Under the pieces are notes generated by a model. The model saw only the letters and a program-made list of their open reading frames with translations. It did not search any database and was not told the origin of the DNA. A program made the translations under genes and the position numbers. A stretch of 64,000 nt of DNA from Candidatus Heimdallarchaeota archaeon. GTDB lineage: Archaea; Asgardarchaeota; Heimdallarchaeia; Heimdallarchaeales; Heimdallarchaeaceae. Location of the stretch: the NCBI GenBank assembly GCA_019057815.1, contig JAHLWR010000018.1, forward strand, positions 1 to 64,000. The letters are read 5' to 3'. Within the stretch, counting starts at the first letter, position 1. Every line of letters starts with the position of its first letter. Below, piece after piece: positions 51,713-61,117 of this stretch.

Positions 51713-52745
51713 TTTTTTTCTCTTCCAAGTTTCGTAAAGCTGTTATTATCTCATCACCTTTTGGTGATTCAATGATTGAATCTCCGAGATTAACTACACC
51801 TTTATTTTTAGTAACAGTTCCAATAACTTTACACGATATTCTTAAAGTTTGTAAGTATTGAACAAGTTCTTGAGATTTCTTCGAATCAATACCTACTATT
51901 AAAGTACCGGAAGAAATCAACCTAAATGGATCAAATTGTAGCCACATGGAGAGTTTTTTTGTTATAGGTGATAGAGGCGGCTCGGAGTTTATTTCGATTC
52001 CTATTGAACTATAAACTACTAGTTCTGTCAAGGCTCCATAAACACCTCCCTCCGTTGCATCATGTAGAAGAGATGGTTTGAATCGTTTATTTATATCAAG
52101 AGCAATGTCTACGACTCTTAATTGTTCTCCTATTCTTTTACCTTCTATTACTTCACTTTTGCTGAGAACGGTATTTATATATTTACCAGCTTCTGAAATT
52201 ATTATTCCGGTTCCTTCAATTCCTGCATTACCAATCACAACTATTTTCTCACCAACAGAAAGAATATTAGGAACTACCCAGTCTTTTGGAACAAAGCCGA
52301 ACATATGTCCTGAAACCAAGATTTGCTGAACATTTTGAGAAATCTCTGTGTGACCTCCTAAAATAGCTATCCCTAGTTCCTTACATTGTTGATGTGCTTG
52401 AAGTTGAATTTTCTCTATCTCTTTATATTTGATTTTGGGGGGACATATGATAGTTAGTAAAATCCCAAAAGGGAGAGCACCAGAACAAGAAATATCATTG
52501 GCATTAATAATAACGACATAACGACCAGGTTTAGAGGTAGGAAAAGTTATTGGATCAGATTTCTCAACTAATAGGACTTCTGAATAATTTTCATAGAAGT
52601 TTTGTACATCCTTTTTCGCTTTATTTATATCAATAATAGCTACATCAGATCCTACTTCTCCTGATGCAATGATGCCTTTCTTTTTGCTTCCCTTGTGAAT
52701 AATAAGATCTTTTAATAGATGAATTGGTAGTTTACCTTCTTCCAT
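51696..52745 (-). CDS. AIR synthase/HypE-like family protein
   Basis: GKLP, SDPIT, NANDISCSGA, GGHTE, HDATEGG, LISSGTL. Confidence 0.88.
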   Translation of the reverse strand: MEEGKLPIHLLKDLIIHKGSKKKGIIASGEVGSDVAIIDINKAKKDVQNFYENYSEVLLVEKSDPITFPTSKPGRYVVIINANDISCSGALPFGILLTIICPPKIKYKEIEKIQLQAHQQCKELGIAILGGHTEISQNVQQILVSGHMFGFVPKDWVVPNILSVGEKIVVIGNAGIEGTGIIISEAGKYINTVLSKSEVIEGKRIGEQLRVVDIALDINKRFKPSLLHDATEGGVYGALTELVVYSSIGIEINSEPPLSPITKKLSMWLQFDPFRLISSGTLIVGIDSKKSQELVQYLQTLRISCKVIGTVTKNKGVVNLGDSIIESPKGDEIITALRNLEEKKNAYDN

Positions 52746-52836
52746 TAAATCTAAATAATTCTTAACTTTCTAAAATTTTTCTACGTGTGAACATAAATCA
52801 TTTCTAAGAAAAATTCATGAAAAACACATTTACCTT

Positions 52837-52878
52837 CTAACTTTGCTGGAAACTCTTACTTTAGTTGTAGGTAGTTCA
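52837..52878 (+). mobile_element. Short IS200/IS605 right-end-like element upstream of glnA
   Basis: CTAACTTTGCTGGAAACTCTTACTTTAGTTGTAGGTAGTTCA; shares GAAACTC...GTAGTTCA with the tnpB right end. Confidence 0.6.
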
Positions 52879-52955
52879 AATATATCATAACCGTAAAATT
52901 ATTTAATTAAAGCATTTCTATCAGTTAATTGTAAAAATCTTTCGAGTGAAAAGAA

Positions 52956-54251
52956 ATGAATGATTTCGAAGCAATATTTAAAGAAAAAGAGATTGATTAT
53001 GTTCAATTTCATTTCACTACTCTCTTTGGTGAATTAAGATCAGTTGAGTTTCCTGCAGGTATTTGGGAAGAAATGCGTGAAGGATCAGGTGTTGATGGCT
53101 CTTCTTTAGGATTTCTAAAAACAGAGCAAAGTGATATGAGAGTAGTACCAGATCTAGATACATTTGCTGTACTACCTTGGGATCAAAGAGTAGGAAGATT
53201 CATTTGTGATGTTCAGACAAACGATGGTTTTCCGCATCCTACAGATCCCCGAAGCATCCTCAAAAAAACTATACAAAAAGCTAAAGAAATGGGCTTTGAA
53301 TACAAAACAAGACCAGAATTGGAATGGTTCTTTGTATATGACGATTACACACCTGCAGATGATGGTGTGTACATGGATACTTTACCTTTTGATAATCTTG
53401 CACTTCTTAGAAGAACAATTGCAGATGATATGATGGAAATGAATATCTCTGTAAAAACTATTCACCATGAATGTGGTTTAGGACAACACGAAATTGAATT
53501 AAGCATGGATGATGCACTTATTCAAGCGGATAATTCTCAAACTGCTAAAATGATAATTAAAACTGAATCAGTACTTGAAGGATTAATCGGAACATTTATG
53601 CCAAAACCATTCCATGATCAAGCAGGTAATGGATTACATATACATCTGTATTTGACTATAGATGGAGTTAACATCTTTTCAGATGAAGAAAAAGGTATAA
53701 GTGATACTTTAAGATATTTTGTAGGTGGAATTTTAGAACATGTAGATGCGATGACAGCTTTCTTTAATCCCACAACAAACTCCTATAAAAGACTCGTTCC
53801 AGGTCACGAGGCTCCTGTGTTTAAATCCTGGGGAGTAGCCAATAGAACAGCTTTAATTCGCGTTCCTGGCTATGAGAAAAAAGCTAGGCTTGAATATAGA
53901 GCTGCGGATGGTGCAACAAATATATATTTTGCAAAAGCGTTACTTTTAGCAGCAGGATTAGATGGTATTAGAAAAAAGATAGAACCAATTCCTCCAACGA
54001 CAGAAAATGTTGAAAAACTAACTTCTGAAGAAAGGAAAGAAATGGGTATAACACAACTACCTTCAAATCTTAATGAAGCGCTTGATTTCATGGAAAAAAG
54101 TCAATTTATTCAGGAAGTACTTGGAAAAGAGATAGTTGACATTTATCTTGATGTTAAACGCCAAGAATACAAAGAATACTTAGATATCAAAAATAAAGGA
54201 TTTGAAGCTGTGAAAGAGTGGGAACATAAAAAATACCTTGAAAGAGTTTAA
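52956..54251 (+). CDS. glnA: Glutamine synthetase type I family protein
   Basis: DGSS, PELEWF, HHECGLGQHEI, TFMPKP, GNGLHIH, NSYKRLVPGHEAP, NRTALIRVP, RLEYR. Confidence 0.93.
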   Translation: MNDFEAIFKEKEIDYVQFHFTTLFGELRSVEFPAGIWEEMREGSGVDGSSLGFLKTEQSDMRVVPDLDTFAVLPWDQRVGRFICDVQTNDGFPHPTDPRSILKKTIQKAKEMGFEYKTRPELEWFFVYDDYTPADDGVYMDTLPFDNLALLRRTIADDMMEMNISVKTIHHECGLGQHEIELSMDDALIQADNSQTAKMIIKTESVLEGLIGTFMPKPFHDQAGNGLHIHLYLTIDGVNIFSDEEKGISDTLRYFVGGILEHVDAMTAFFNPTTNSYKRLVPGHEAPVFKSWGVANRTALIRVPGYEKKARLEYRAADGATNIYFAKALLLAAGLDGIRKKIEPIPPTTENVEKLTSEERKEMGITQLPSNLNEALDFMEKSQFIQEVLGKEIVDIYLDVKRQEYKEYLDIKNKGFEAVKEWEHKKYLERV

Positions 54252-54291
54252 ATCTTATTTAACTTGCTGTATTTCTTCGATTACCTGTTGA

Positions 54292-54334
54292 TGAACTACC
54301 CACAACTAAAAGAAGTGGATTTCTGCTAAGTTCA
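54292..54334 (-). mobile_element. Short IS200/IS605 right-end-like palindromic element downstream of glnA
   Basis: TGAACTACCCACAACTAAAAGAAGTGGATTTCTGCTAAGTTCA; CCAC/GTGG stem, terminal TGAACT/AGTTCA. Confidence 0.65.
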
Positions 54335-54395
54335 TTTAAATAATAAGAGAATCTTAATAAGGTACGGTAGATAATATTTTTTTAACCTTTTCGAG

Positions 54396-56453
54396 TTGAT
54401 TGCTCTGACAATGGAACGTGATGATGTTTATAATTTACAGTATCAAGAGATTAAGGTTGTTAAAGCTAAAAAAACGCATATTTTAACTCAACTATATCTC
54501 TATAGAGAAGTTTCAATAGTTAAGATTGCTACTGAATTGAATCTAGAAGAATCAATAGTTAAACAATTCATACAATTCTTGATTCAAGATCTAATTTTAC
54601 GAGGTCATTACAGAAAAAGAACATTTGTTGTAAGTAATTTCTATAAATATCCAATAATATCTAAGAAAAAATTGACAGAACTACAAATCATCATTTTAGG
54701 AATATTAGTACCAGTGCCAAAAATGAAAGTCAGTGAACTAGCAAATATCTGTATTATTTCTAAAGAAAAACTAAAAGATAATTTAATGGATCTTGTGAAA
54801 TATGGATATTTCACTGGTTACATTAGTAAAGGATACATCAACTCAATAAATATCGAGCAACCAGATAAAAAAGAAAAAATCAGTGATGAGGATATTTTTA
54901 TCATTGGAACATGTATGATGCGAAGAAAAGCTATTCTTACTGAAGTTGCAAAAGATACAGGAATTAAAAGAGAAAAAGTGTTGTATTGCATAGCTAAATT
55001 ACTTGTAAATGGAAAGCTTGAAGCAAAAATTCAACTCGATACTGGTTTTTTAAGTAGTGAAGTTATTGTAACAGTAACAAAATTCATGATAAGTCCAAGA
55101 AAAATAGCTCTATCCGATTTAGGTGAAGAAGAGAAAGACACAGTTGGATATTTATTACTAAGAAAAAAAGCAACAATAAAATCGATTAGTAAATATGTAG
55201 AAAAAGATTCAATTACCATTCTCAGAATTTTAGCAGAACTCACAGCAAAGGGAACATTTCAGGTTATATTTACTGATAAAATAAGTGTAACTCCACTTGT
55301 GGAACTGAATTTAAGACCAATTCGAACCATAGAAGAAATGGCCACACTCAGCTTTTTTAATTATGAAGCATTATTTGGGTTACTGTCCACAAAAAATTCT
55401 ATTGCAATTAAAAAATTAGCTAATAGCATGAGTCGTTCTGAAGACGAAATCACAGAAGCTGTAATAAATCTGATGCTTGATGGGTTCGTAGATTGCACAT
55501 TGAAAGGCAATAGACTTCAAATAAACAAAGTAAATCGATACAGCAGAGCTCAAGAAGGGACATTAGAAAGATGGGAGAAGATAGTCCTAGGGATGGTAAT
55601 ATCTAATAAAATTATATCAGTAAAAGATATTTCTACTGCTTTGGGGATAGATAAAAAATTTGCAACGGAAAAATTGTACAGTTTCTATGGAAAAGGACTA
55701 ATAAAAGGGTCTATTGTAGGAAATAGATTAATACCTGATGAAATTCCTCTGTTCCCACCATTAAATCAACTCGAGGACTTTGAATCACATTTTATAGAGA
55801 TTTTTGGTTATGTAATATCAAATGATAAAATAAATCTAAAAACTATTCAGAAACTATGGGGTAAATCCCTAACAGCAGTAAAGAACATTTTATACGAGCT
55901 AATAGGTTCAGCTCTAATAGTATTAGAGATGAGTAAGAATAGTGCTTTCGTAATTTCAAGCCAATCTTTTATGCCAAATAAAGAACTAGAAGATCTAGGA
56001 AAAATATATGTTCGTCTAGTAAATGAAATTGAGAAATCAAGGAGAAAACGTATAAAGATAAGCAGCTTAGCCAATTCACTTTCGATGGAAAACGAGGATC
56101 TTTTCAAGCTTTTATGTCAGTTAACTGCTTTTGGATACTATCAAGGGAGTTTAACCATTTCATATTTTGAAAGAATAGGAAAATTGATAGAACCAGCTAA
56201 AAAAGCAACATGTCTAAATTGTGGTCATATATTAAAATCACCTTACAACCCATGTAGCAACTGCAGACAAATGCCATCGCTATGTACAGTGTGTCAGGGT
56301 CTAATCAGACGTGGTGATGAAGTTTACGAATGTCCTAGTTGCACTAATTTAGCTCATAGAGATCACTTACTGAAGTGGATATCTATCAAATCAGAATGTC
56401 CTTTATGTAAATCCAGAATTTCTCAAAGAACTCTTAAAAAGGTAACACTATGA
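54396..56453 (+). CDS. Tandem winged-helix (PCI-like) repeat protein with C-terminal Zn ribbon and RING-variant finger; putative E3 ligase
   Basis: About 8 repeats ending in L-x-x-x-G-x-x-x-G/A; C-terminal CTVC...CPSC...HRDHLLKW...CPLC. Confidence 0.75.
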   Translation: MIALTMERDDVYNLQYQEIKVVKAKKTHILTQLYLYREVSIVKIATELNLEESIVKQFIQFLIQDLILRGHYRKRTFVVSNFYKYPIISKKKLTELQIIILGILVPVPKMKVSELANICIISKEKLKDNLMDLVKYGYFTGYISKGYINSINIEQPDKKEKISDEDIFIIGTCMMRRKAILTEVAKDTGIKREKVLYCIAKLLVNGKLEAKIQLDTGFLSSEVIVTVTKFMISPRKIALSDLGEEEKDTVGYLLLRKKATIKSISKYVEKDSITILRILAELTAKGTFQVIFTDKISVTPLVELNLRPIRTIEEMATLSFFNYEALFGLLSTKNSIAIKKLANSMSRSEDEITEAVINLMLDGFVDCTLKGNRLQINKVNRYSRAQEGTLERWEKIVLGMVISNKIISVKDISTALGIDKKFATEKLYSFYGKGLIKGSIVGNRLIPDEIPLFPPLNQLEDFESHFIEIFGYVISNDKINLKTIQKLWGKSLTAVKNILYELIGSALIVLEMSKNSAFVISSQSFMPNKELEDLGKIYVRLVNEIEKSRRKRIKISSLANSLSMENEDLFKLLCQLTAFGYYQGSLTISYFERIGKLIEPAKKATCLNCGHILKSPYNPCSNCRQMPSLCTVCQGLIRRGDEVYECPSCTNLAHRDHLLKWISIKSECPLCKSRISQRTLKKVTL

Positions 56454-56782
56454 GAGAAGAAAACTTGACTTTAGAAGAATTAAAATCAGAATTAAGGGAG
56501 TTTCTTGAAGAAAGAGATTGGCTTAGATTTTCACCTAATGAGGTTTTTATTCACTTGATTGAAGAGCTTGGAGAAATAAGTAAGCACCTCTTATTTTTAT
56601 CCGAATACAAAACAGAAAGCATGGGTCACAAAAAACCCGCTAATTCACAAATGCCTAGAGAGTTTGCGCAAGTTTTTTTTCTTTTCCTGCAATTGTGCAT
56701 AATCCTAGATATAAATATTGAAGAAGCTTGGAAAGAAGAGTTTGAAATTATGAAAAAAAGGTTTCCTACTACCGATACATAA
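56450..56782 (+). CDS. MazG-like nucleotide pyrophosphohydrolase
   Basis: EFLEERDW...HLIEELGEIS...EFAQV. Confidence 0.85.
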   Translation: MREENLTLEELKSELREFLEERDWLRFSPNEVFIHLIEELGEISKHLLFLSEYKTESMGHKKPANSQMPREFAQVFFLFLQLCIILDINIEEAWKEEFEIMKKRFPTTDT

Positions 56783-56809
56783 AAAAATACTTGGACTAAT
56801 GAATAACCA

Positions 56810-57547
56810 ATGAAAGCCTCCAACTCTGTACCTATTCAACCCAACAATGTTACGAAGGGTTTTATCATAGTTGATAATGTGCATAAACATTACGATATGG
56901 GGGAAGTTAAAGTATTAGCATTAAATTCGATAAACCTATCCATTAATAGAGGAGAAATTGTTTCAATAGTTGGTTCATCAGGGAGTGGAAAAACAACTTT
57001 ATTAAATATAATAGGGGCTTTAGATTATGCAGACAGTGGCAAAATCATTATTGATGGTCATGATTTGAGTAGTCTAACAGATAAACAACTAAGTTACATG
57101 AGAAGAGAAACAATAGGATATGTTTTCCAAAACTTCAACCTTCTAGAAGAACTTACAGCAGCTAAAAATATTGAAATGCCAATGATTCTTACCAAAAAAT
57201 CTAAATCTGAAAGAAAAAAAAAGGTTGAAGAGTTGCTCAAAATAGTAAATCTAGATGATCGTGCAAACCATAAGCCTAATCAGTTATCAGGAGGAGAACA
57301 ACAACGTGTTGCAATTGCAAGAGCTCTTGGAAATGACACAAAAATCATTCTAGCAGATGAACCTACTGGAAATTTAGATTCTGCTACAGGAAATAGAATA
57401 GTAGATTTACTTTTACGCGTAAGCAAAGAGGGAAACAAAACGCTGATTTTTGTTACTCACGAAAATCACATTGCAACCAAAGCTGATAGGCAAATTGTAA
57501 TGAATGACGGTTTAATAATTGAAGATAAAATCACGAAATCAAAATAA
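56810..57547 (+). CDS. ABC transporter ATP-binding protein (LolD/MacB type)
   Basis: GSSGSGKT, LSGGEQQRVAIARAL, ADEPTGNLD, VTH. Confidence 0.95.
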   Translation: MKASNSVPIQPNNVTKGFIIVDNVHKHYDMGEVKVLALNSINLSINRGEIVSIVGSSGSGKTTLLNIIGALDYADSGKIIIDGHDLSSLTDKQLSYMRRETIGYVFQNFNLLEELTAAKNIEMPMILTKKSKSERKKKVEELLKIVNLDDRANHKPNQLSGGEQQRVAIARALGNDTKIILADEPTGNLDSATGNRIVDLLLRVSKEGNKTLIFVTHENHIATKADRQIVMNDGLIIEDKITKSK

Positions 57548-57587
57548 ACACTATTAACAAAGAATTTAGAAATATTAATAAGTAAGC

Positions 57588-58001
57588 ATGGGGATTCGAG
57601 TAAGTAGGGATGATATTATGCCTCGACCAGCGTCTTTCATAGGGGGAGCATTAACGGCGATTGGAATCTTTGGAGTTGTCATATCCATTGTACAGCTTAC
57701 TGAGAGTTATTGGTGGTTTCTATTTTACTTAGCTATAGGTATTCTTGGAGGTTTTACTCTAGGTTCTGTATCAGCTTCATTTAAAGAAAGTGAAAAAAAT
57801 GCTTATTTGACACTCACGGGATTTATGCTTGCAGCTATCATATTATTAACCACTTTTCTAGCTATTTGGCAACGTGACAATGCAAGTCTTAATATCGAAA
57901 ATGGAATAAATGGTATCTGGGTTATTATGATAGCAGCAGCATCTGGGCTTCTAACATATATAGGAACAACAATGATGTCAATTGGAGACTCCCGAAGGTG
58001 A
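57588..58001 (+). CDS. Small four-TM membrane protein
   Basis: Four hydrophobic helices. Confidence 0.75.
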   Translation: MGIRVSRDDIMPRPASFIGGALTAIGIFGVVISIVQLTESYWWFLFYLAIGILGGFTLGSVSASFKESEKNAYLTLTGFMLAAIILLTTFLAIWQRDNASLNIENGINGIWVIMIAAASGLLTYIGTTMMSIGDSRR

Positions 58002-58085
58002 AAAAAATTTCACTTAGACTTCCAAAACCTTTTTTTTATATACTTATAATTAGTCTTATCAGTGAAATAAAAGAGATAGATAAAT

Positions 58086-59219
58086 ATGACAGATACAAAA
58101 TTCCTTCACTTTGGACAATTCATTAGTAAAAGAGCGTTAATAGCCACTGTAATTGGCGTGGGACTTGTTGTGATTACTGAATTTGTTTTTCCTTTGTTTG
58201 ATATTTTAAAAGTAAGTGGACTTTGGAAGTGGTTTACACCAGTAACAATAACATTCACTCTAGCAGTGATTATGGTAACAAGCGTAATGGCAAGAAACAT
58301 CGTTGCTTCAATACTCATTGCAACGTCAGCAGCATTATCATTCTACCATCCATTCAACGCGGATGCTAGCGCATCAGGATATGCTTTTACAGCAGCATTA
58401 ATCATTTTTCTTGTTACAGCAATACTTTCAGGATTTTTAGCTACAAAAGAGATGACAGGGCAATCAGCACTTTTATCTATAGGAATTATTTTTGGAATCC
58501 AAGGATTAATTGGAGCAGGAATAAGCCTAGCAACGAATTTAAATTTAGCACATGTAGAATTTTGGGATCATGGTGTCAATGTTGCGCATGGAAATATAAA
58601 GGGTTTTCCTGTTTTCGATATAGTGTTAGCTGCTTTTTCCGTGATCTATATGGTTGCATTCATCATATTATCAAGAAAAAGGTACACTGCTAGTATCGAA
58701 GGGAAAAAATTCGAAATATTCGGCCAAGTATTGATTTTCTTAGCTATTGTAGGAGCACTAATTTTCAGTATATTAAGTCATGTAACTTATAACCAAGATA
58801 CAGCTAATTCTATTTATACTGAAAATAATGCCCAGTTCTTTAATATCCTTTTTGAGAAAGAACGTTATGGAATATTCTCTTCAGTTACGTTTCTCAATAT
58901 ATTCTACATTTTACCAATAGTTGGCTTCATAATAGGTTTAGGCCTTGCTCTTATAGTTATTCAAAGAGCTGATGGAACTTTAGGATATATGAGATTTAAT
59001 TTTGAAGGTTCGTTCTTCTCCCTAAATATCGCAGTTGGTATTATCGCGTTTGGTTTCAGTTATACAATACTATATCTAGCTAGTTTCAGCTTCTACCTTA
59101 GAGTAGCAGCTTTCTTCACATTATTTACAGAATTTACTAACCTTCTTCTTCTCAATATGCTAATAGCCTATATTATATACCTAATTATAACAATTATTCG
59201 AAGAATCGCAAACAAATAA
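58086..59219 (+). CDS. Multi-pass membrane protein
   Basis: About 10 hydrophobic helices. Confidence 0.8.
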   Translation: MTDTKFLHFGQFISKRALIATVIGVGLVVITEFVFPLFDILKVSGLWKWFTPVTITFTLAVIMVTSVMARNIVASILIATSAALSFYHPFNADASASGYAFTAALIIFLVTAILSGFLATKEMTGQSALLSIGIIFGIQGLIGAGISLATNLNLAHVEFWDHGVNVAHGNIKGFPVFDIVLAAFSVIYMVAFIILSRKRYTASIEGKKFEIFGQVLIFLAIVGALIFSILSHVTYNQDTANSIYTENNAQFFNILFEKERYGIFSSVTFLNIFYILPIVGFIIGLGLALIVIQRADGTLGYMRFNFEGSFFSLNIAVGIIAFGFSYTILYLASFSFYLRVAAFFTLFTEFTNLLLLNMLIAYIIYLIITIIRRIANK

Positions 59220-59224
59220 CTTGA

Positions 59225-59280
59225 TTTCTTTTTTTCTTTTCTTTCTCCTTTCTTATAAGCAGTTTTTTGTTCGTTTTTTT
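59225..59280 (+). terminator. Oligo-T tracts consistent with an archaeal intrinsic terminator
   Basis: Several T runs directly after the stop at 59219. Confidence 0.5.
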
Positions 59281-59291
59281 GGTTTTTATAT

Positions 59292-59460
59292 AGGGCCGTA
59301 TAGATTATCCTTTGAAGGATTGTAGATATGCACCAACTTCATGGTGATCCTCGGGTCTACATCCAACAACCATCCAAAAGCGAACCGTAAGCAGCCTTAC
59401 AAGAGGGTGTGGGCGGTGTAGGAGGTGTGTGACATCCCCATGATGTGCTTCAAGCACTTC
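59292..59460. ncRNA. Candidate structured non-coding RNA of unknown family
   Basis: GC-rich island in an AT-rich intergenic region, with several hairpins and a TTTTATA box at about 59284-59290. Confidence 0.4.
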
Positions 59461-59563
59461 TAAAGAATTCGCACAAAAATTCATGTCATAATAAGCATTG
59501 TAAATATCTATCTGTTATCTGACCACTGAAAAATACTGAACAACAACTCGATCAAGCTATAAT

Positions 59564-60802
59564 TCAATTTTCATCGTTATTAGATGTTTTTTTCTCTTCT
59601 GAAAAATTAGTTATCCATTCTCTCATTTTAGGAGTAAGCCCAAAAATAATTGATCTACCTTCTTGCCCTTTGACCATTACAACATTTTTATCTTTCAATC
59701 TTTTTAAGAAACTTTTAGTCCCCATATATTTACTACGATATTCTGCAGATGAGAGATTTCCGTAAAGATAATGAGTCAACTCTTTTGCCGAAGCATTTTT
59801 CTGAATCAAGTATTCACAAACTTGTCTTTCTCTTTGTGGAAAACTATTCAAAGCTTGTTGAATTATGAAGGCATCATTATTATCAGTGTAACCTAAAACA
59901 GGGGAACGAGAATACATATTAGTTACAGTCATCACATCATTGAAAGATACAGTCGCAGATTTATTCTTTCTTGAGTATTCATATGCATCAGCTAATATTG
60001 AGATAAGTACCCAAGGATTGCCTTTTGAGTTTATCCAAGCTGATTCTAATGCTCTTTCAGTGAAAATATCTGTAACTCTAATGTTAGAGCGATTTAAAGC
60101 ATATAACATTCTCTTTTTGATTAATTCGTACGTCTCACCTAAAGTGAATTCAGGGAGACGAATTGAACACGAAAAATTACTAAAACCTCCTTCTCGCATT
60201 CCATCTTGACAGTCAACTATATCTTTCATACTGCAAGTTATAATACAAGCAAGATGTTCCTTTAGTGAGTTAATGAGTTTTGCTGCATCTCTCGAAATTA
60301 ATTTAAGATTTTCATTCTGAAAATCATCTATTAATAGAACTATTAAACAATCCTTTTCTTTTACATATCTTTTAAGAGCAACAACAATCTGCTCCTTTGT
60401 TTGCTCCTTTGTTGAATAGGATTTTCCAAATACATGTTGTTCAATTCCTTGCATAAAAGCAGATTGAGAGTATTCTGGAATGTCATTTGGTGTAAATGAA
60501 ATTACATATACTTTCTTCTTAGAGATGTATTTAAATAAAATTTCAGATAAACCATTTTTTAAGAGATTGATAAGGTAGGATTTCCCAGATTTAACATTGC
60601 CCAAGATAATCGATAATGTCTTACCTTTCTTCAAAATTTGAATAAGTCTAGCAATTTGACTATTCAATTTTTCAGAAGAGACATAAAGTTCAGGTAAATA
60701 TTCCGATGTCCACGGGTTTAGATCTAATTCTTTAGACTGAACATCGTATTTTGTTTCATCCATATATTGCGAAATATTGAATACTCTTTCCAATAAGGTC
60801 AT
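59564..60802 (-). CDS. AAA+ ATPase (Cdc6/ExeA-like P-loop) with C-terminal winged-helix domain
   Basis: Walker A GNVKSGKS, Walker B LLIDD, SKGNPW lid, C-terminal HTH (SAKELTHYL...LKRLKDKNVV). Confidence 0.7.
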   Translation of the reverse strand: MTLLERVFNISQYMDETKYDVQSKELDLNPWTSEYLPELYVSSEKLNSQIARLIQILKKGKTLSIILGNVKSGKSYLINLLKNGLSEILFKYISKKKVYVISFTPNDIPEYSQSAFMQGIEQHVFGKSYSTKEQTKEQIVVALKRYVKEKDCLIVLLIDDFQNENLKLISRDAAKLINSLKEHLACIITCSMKDIVDCQDGMREGGFSNFSCSIRLPEFTLGETYELIKKRMLYALNRSNIRVTDIFTERALESAWINSKGNPWVLISILADAYEYSRKNKSATVSFNDVMTVTNMYSRSPVLGYTDNNDAFIIQQALNSFPQRERQVCEYLIQKNASAKELTHYLYGNLSSAEYRSKYMGTKSFLKRLKDKNVVMVKGQEGRSIIFGLTPKMREWITNFSEEKKTSNNDEN

Positions 60803-61117
60803 AATATCACACCGGAGAGGGAAAGAAGTGCATGGAACATTAATTACCTACTTTGACAGTGAAAAGTTTGCTTAAATAGTTTTTCTAATTTTAAGCTACC
60901 TATCAACAATAATTAAATTATAGTTATGCCTTATTCATTTCGCTAATATATGTTTTAATCTACAACTCCAGCTAAATCTGTTTATACGGAGAGCACAAGG
61001 TTAACTAGGTTTAATTGTTGGAAAATTTTGATAATGGACGGAGCAAAAAGTGTACTTTTGGAATAGAATTAAACTTATTTCGAATGATTTTTAGACATCA
61101 ACTAAAACGTAATTCAA

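Noticed and set aside
59328-59390. 20-aa ORF MHQLHGDPRVYIQQPSKSEP in the GC-rich island
   Set aside because: Very short, atypical codon use, better explained by RNA stems.
59385-59410. AAGCAGCC similar to SRP RNA helix 8
   Set aside because: The paired CAGG/GGAA tetraloop part is absent and the island is too short for an archaeal 7S RNA.
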